64,000 bases of DNA from Octopus sinensis (lineage: Eukaryota). Positions 62,229 through 64,000 of this stretch are shown here, piece after piece. Every line of letters starts with the position of its first letter. Within the stretch, counting starts at the first letter, position 1. Location of the stretch: the NCBI RefSeq assembly GCF_006345805.1, contig NC_043005.1:88536001-88600000 (forward strand), in the 5' to 3' direction. The notes beneath the pieces were generated by a model. That model was not told the DNA's origin. It saw nothing but the letters and a program-made list of their open reading frames with translations, and searched no databases. Made by a program: the position numbers and the translations under genes.

Positions 62229-62628
62229 CCCTTTAGCATTCAGATTCCTTATTTATTTGTTCACATGGTTTTGAATTAATCATGGATTAATAATAATAAT
62301 GAAATTATTGTATACAGTGCTCAGGTGCACCACAACTTGTCAGAAAGTGCGTATAAAGTATATGCAGTAATGTACAAATGTCTGGAAAGCGAACAATGTA
62401 TGAGTCAGATACATGCTTGTGTGTGTATGGAGGGGAGAAAATCAGGTGTAGTGTTGGCGAATCTCAGAAAGCATGGAAGATTATCTCATAGCTCTGAGAT
62501 TTCAATGATGTGATTGTTTATTTTTAGTATGACATTGTAGGGTAGGTGTGAGAGGCTGGATCTGGTCAGTCTGAACATAAAGCAGGGAGAATATCTGGCA
62601 GGATGTGGCCAGTTTAAATGTTTAAGGG
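62229..62628. mobile_element. piggyBac-like MITE, family 2, interrupted by a CR1-group LINE 3' end (~62289-62490)
   Basis: TTAA|CCCTTTAGCATT...TTTAAGGG|TTAA. Related copies or fragments at 707-917, 20560-20780, 29120-29250 and 47190-47485. Confidence 0.75.
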
Positions 62629-64000
62629 TTAATGTAGAATGGGCTACTGGTACACAGCTTGGGAGTCAGGACCAGATTTAAAATCCAAAGTGGAGAAAGA
62701 CAACTGAGGAATTCTGGTCAAACACAGAGTTTGAGTTGGTGAAATTTGGTCGGACAAGGGAAGTATTGAAGGCGAGTCTCTTGAGAGGCATTTGGAAGAG
62801 TTAAACCCAGCACTGCAAGTCAACAAAGCACTTGTCTTAAAGTAGGACCACAACACAGAAAGATGGCTCATAAATTTGATTAGAAATACACTTTCAGAGG
62901 AAACAGAAATATTTTTGGGTATACAGTGCCCCGAGAGGCTCCGATGCCAGTGCCCCCTGAGTGGCACTCCATGCTGGTGCCATGTAAAAAGCACCATCCG
63001 AACGTGGTCGATGCCAGTGCCATGTGAAAAGCACCCACTACACTCTCAGAGTGGTTGGTATTAGGAAAGGCATCCAGCTGTAGAAACCATGCTTAGAGCC
63101 CAGTGCAGCCCTCTGGCTTGCCAGCACCTGTCAAACAGATGATGATGATGTGTGTGTGTGTCCGTGTCCATCCTCTTGAAGTGACATTGTGTGATGGTTA
63201 TAACTGAATATCACTATCATAAAAGCAATGTCATTCGTTTCAAGTTTCTGTGGGAAAATATGTCTGGCAATGGGGGAATATTCCATTGCTTGGAGACAAG
63301 TGAGAGTTGGTGACAAGAAGGGCATCTAGTCATAGAAAACCTGCCTCAAAATGAACCCCACCTGACCCAGGCTAGCATGAAAAAGTGCATATTAAAATGC
63401 TGTCGACTGGGACGTTTTTTAGTTTTGAATATTAGCCACAATCACATTCCACTGCCAGCTGCAAGACGTAAACCATTGGTACATCAATTGGTCAAGTGAC
63501 AACCTAGCCAATCCATTGTCCATGCTTTGACAAAATACTGCTTCTAATTTAGGGCAGCACTAGTGAATTTGATGGGTTAGTTGATGCCATCAACCCCTGC
63601 AGGAACAAAAGGCAAAGTTGATCACAGCAGGATGTGATCCCAGAATGTAAAATGCCAGAAGAAATACTGAAAAGGCATTTCCTCCAACGCTAACAGTTCT
63701 GTTAGGGTGCCACCCTGTGCTTCCACAAAATATTGAAAGTATAAAAAAAAAATCCACTTCCCAACAAAAGTGTACAGTGGATATTGTAAAACAAAGTTTT
63801 AAATAATTTACACAAAGTTTTTAAAGCATAATTAAAGAGAAAATGTAGACAAAAGGTCAAGATGAACATGAAAAACAGTCAAAACATCAATAAATCGTAT
63901 CATTTCTGCCCTTTGTCCTAATAAAATATATAATCAGTGACTGGAGGGGGGGGGGCAGAGAGAAGGAGAGGGAAGTAAAAGCCTAGCTTGTGTTATCTAA

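Noticed and set aside
46763-64000. SNX3 coding exon 1 (expected ...FLEIDV...YEVR(M/V)K)
   Set aside because: No matching minus-strand sequence found by eye; it probably lies beyond the window, making intron 1 longer than 17 kb.

Overview
AT-rich, repeat-saturated animal genomic DNA. The SINE repertoire and gene sequences suggest a coleoid cephalopod, most likely Octopus (inference). Two conserved spliced genes lie on the minus strand. INTS10 has coding exons 1-3 at 6668-187 and runs off the left edge. An SNX3/SNX12-type sorting nexin has coding exons 2-4 at 46762-25854; exon 1 was not found and probably lies beyond the right edge. Most of the rest is transposon-derived: several tRNA-headed SINE families, a decayed D,D34D mariner, Tc1/mariner, hAT and piggyBac-like MITEs, Helentron-type (HINE-like) elements, and RTE, CR1-group and R4/Dong-type LINE fragments. 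The most unexpected signal is six type I hammerhead-ribozyme-like folds, from near-intact to dead. They sit in at least four unrelated-looking non-autonomous repeat families, including a tRNA-headed SINE and a fold-back element with 11-12 bp target-site duplications. The long SNX3 introns also carry several locally generated inverted duplications, and SNX3 has a genomic Arg (AGA) at a deeply conserved Gly that A-to-I editing could restore. All folds and alignments were done by eye; repeat boundaries are approximate unless exact junctions are quoted.
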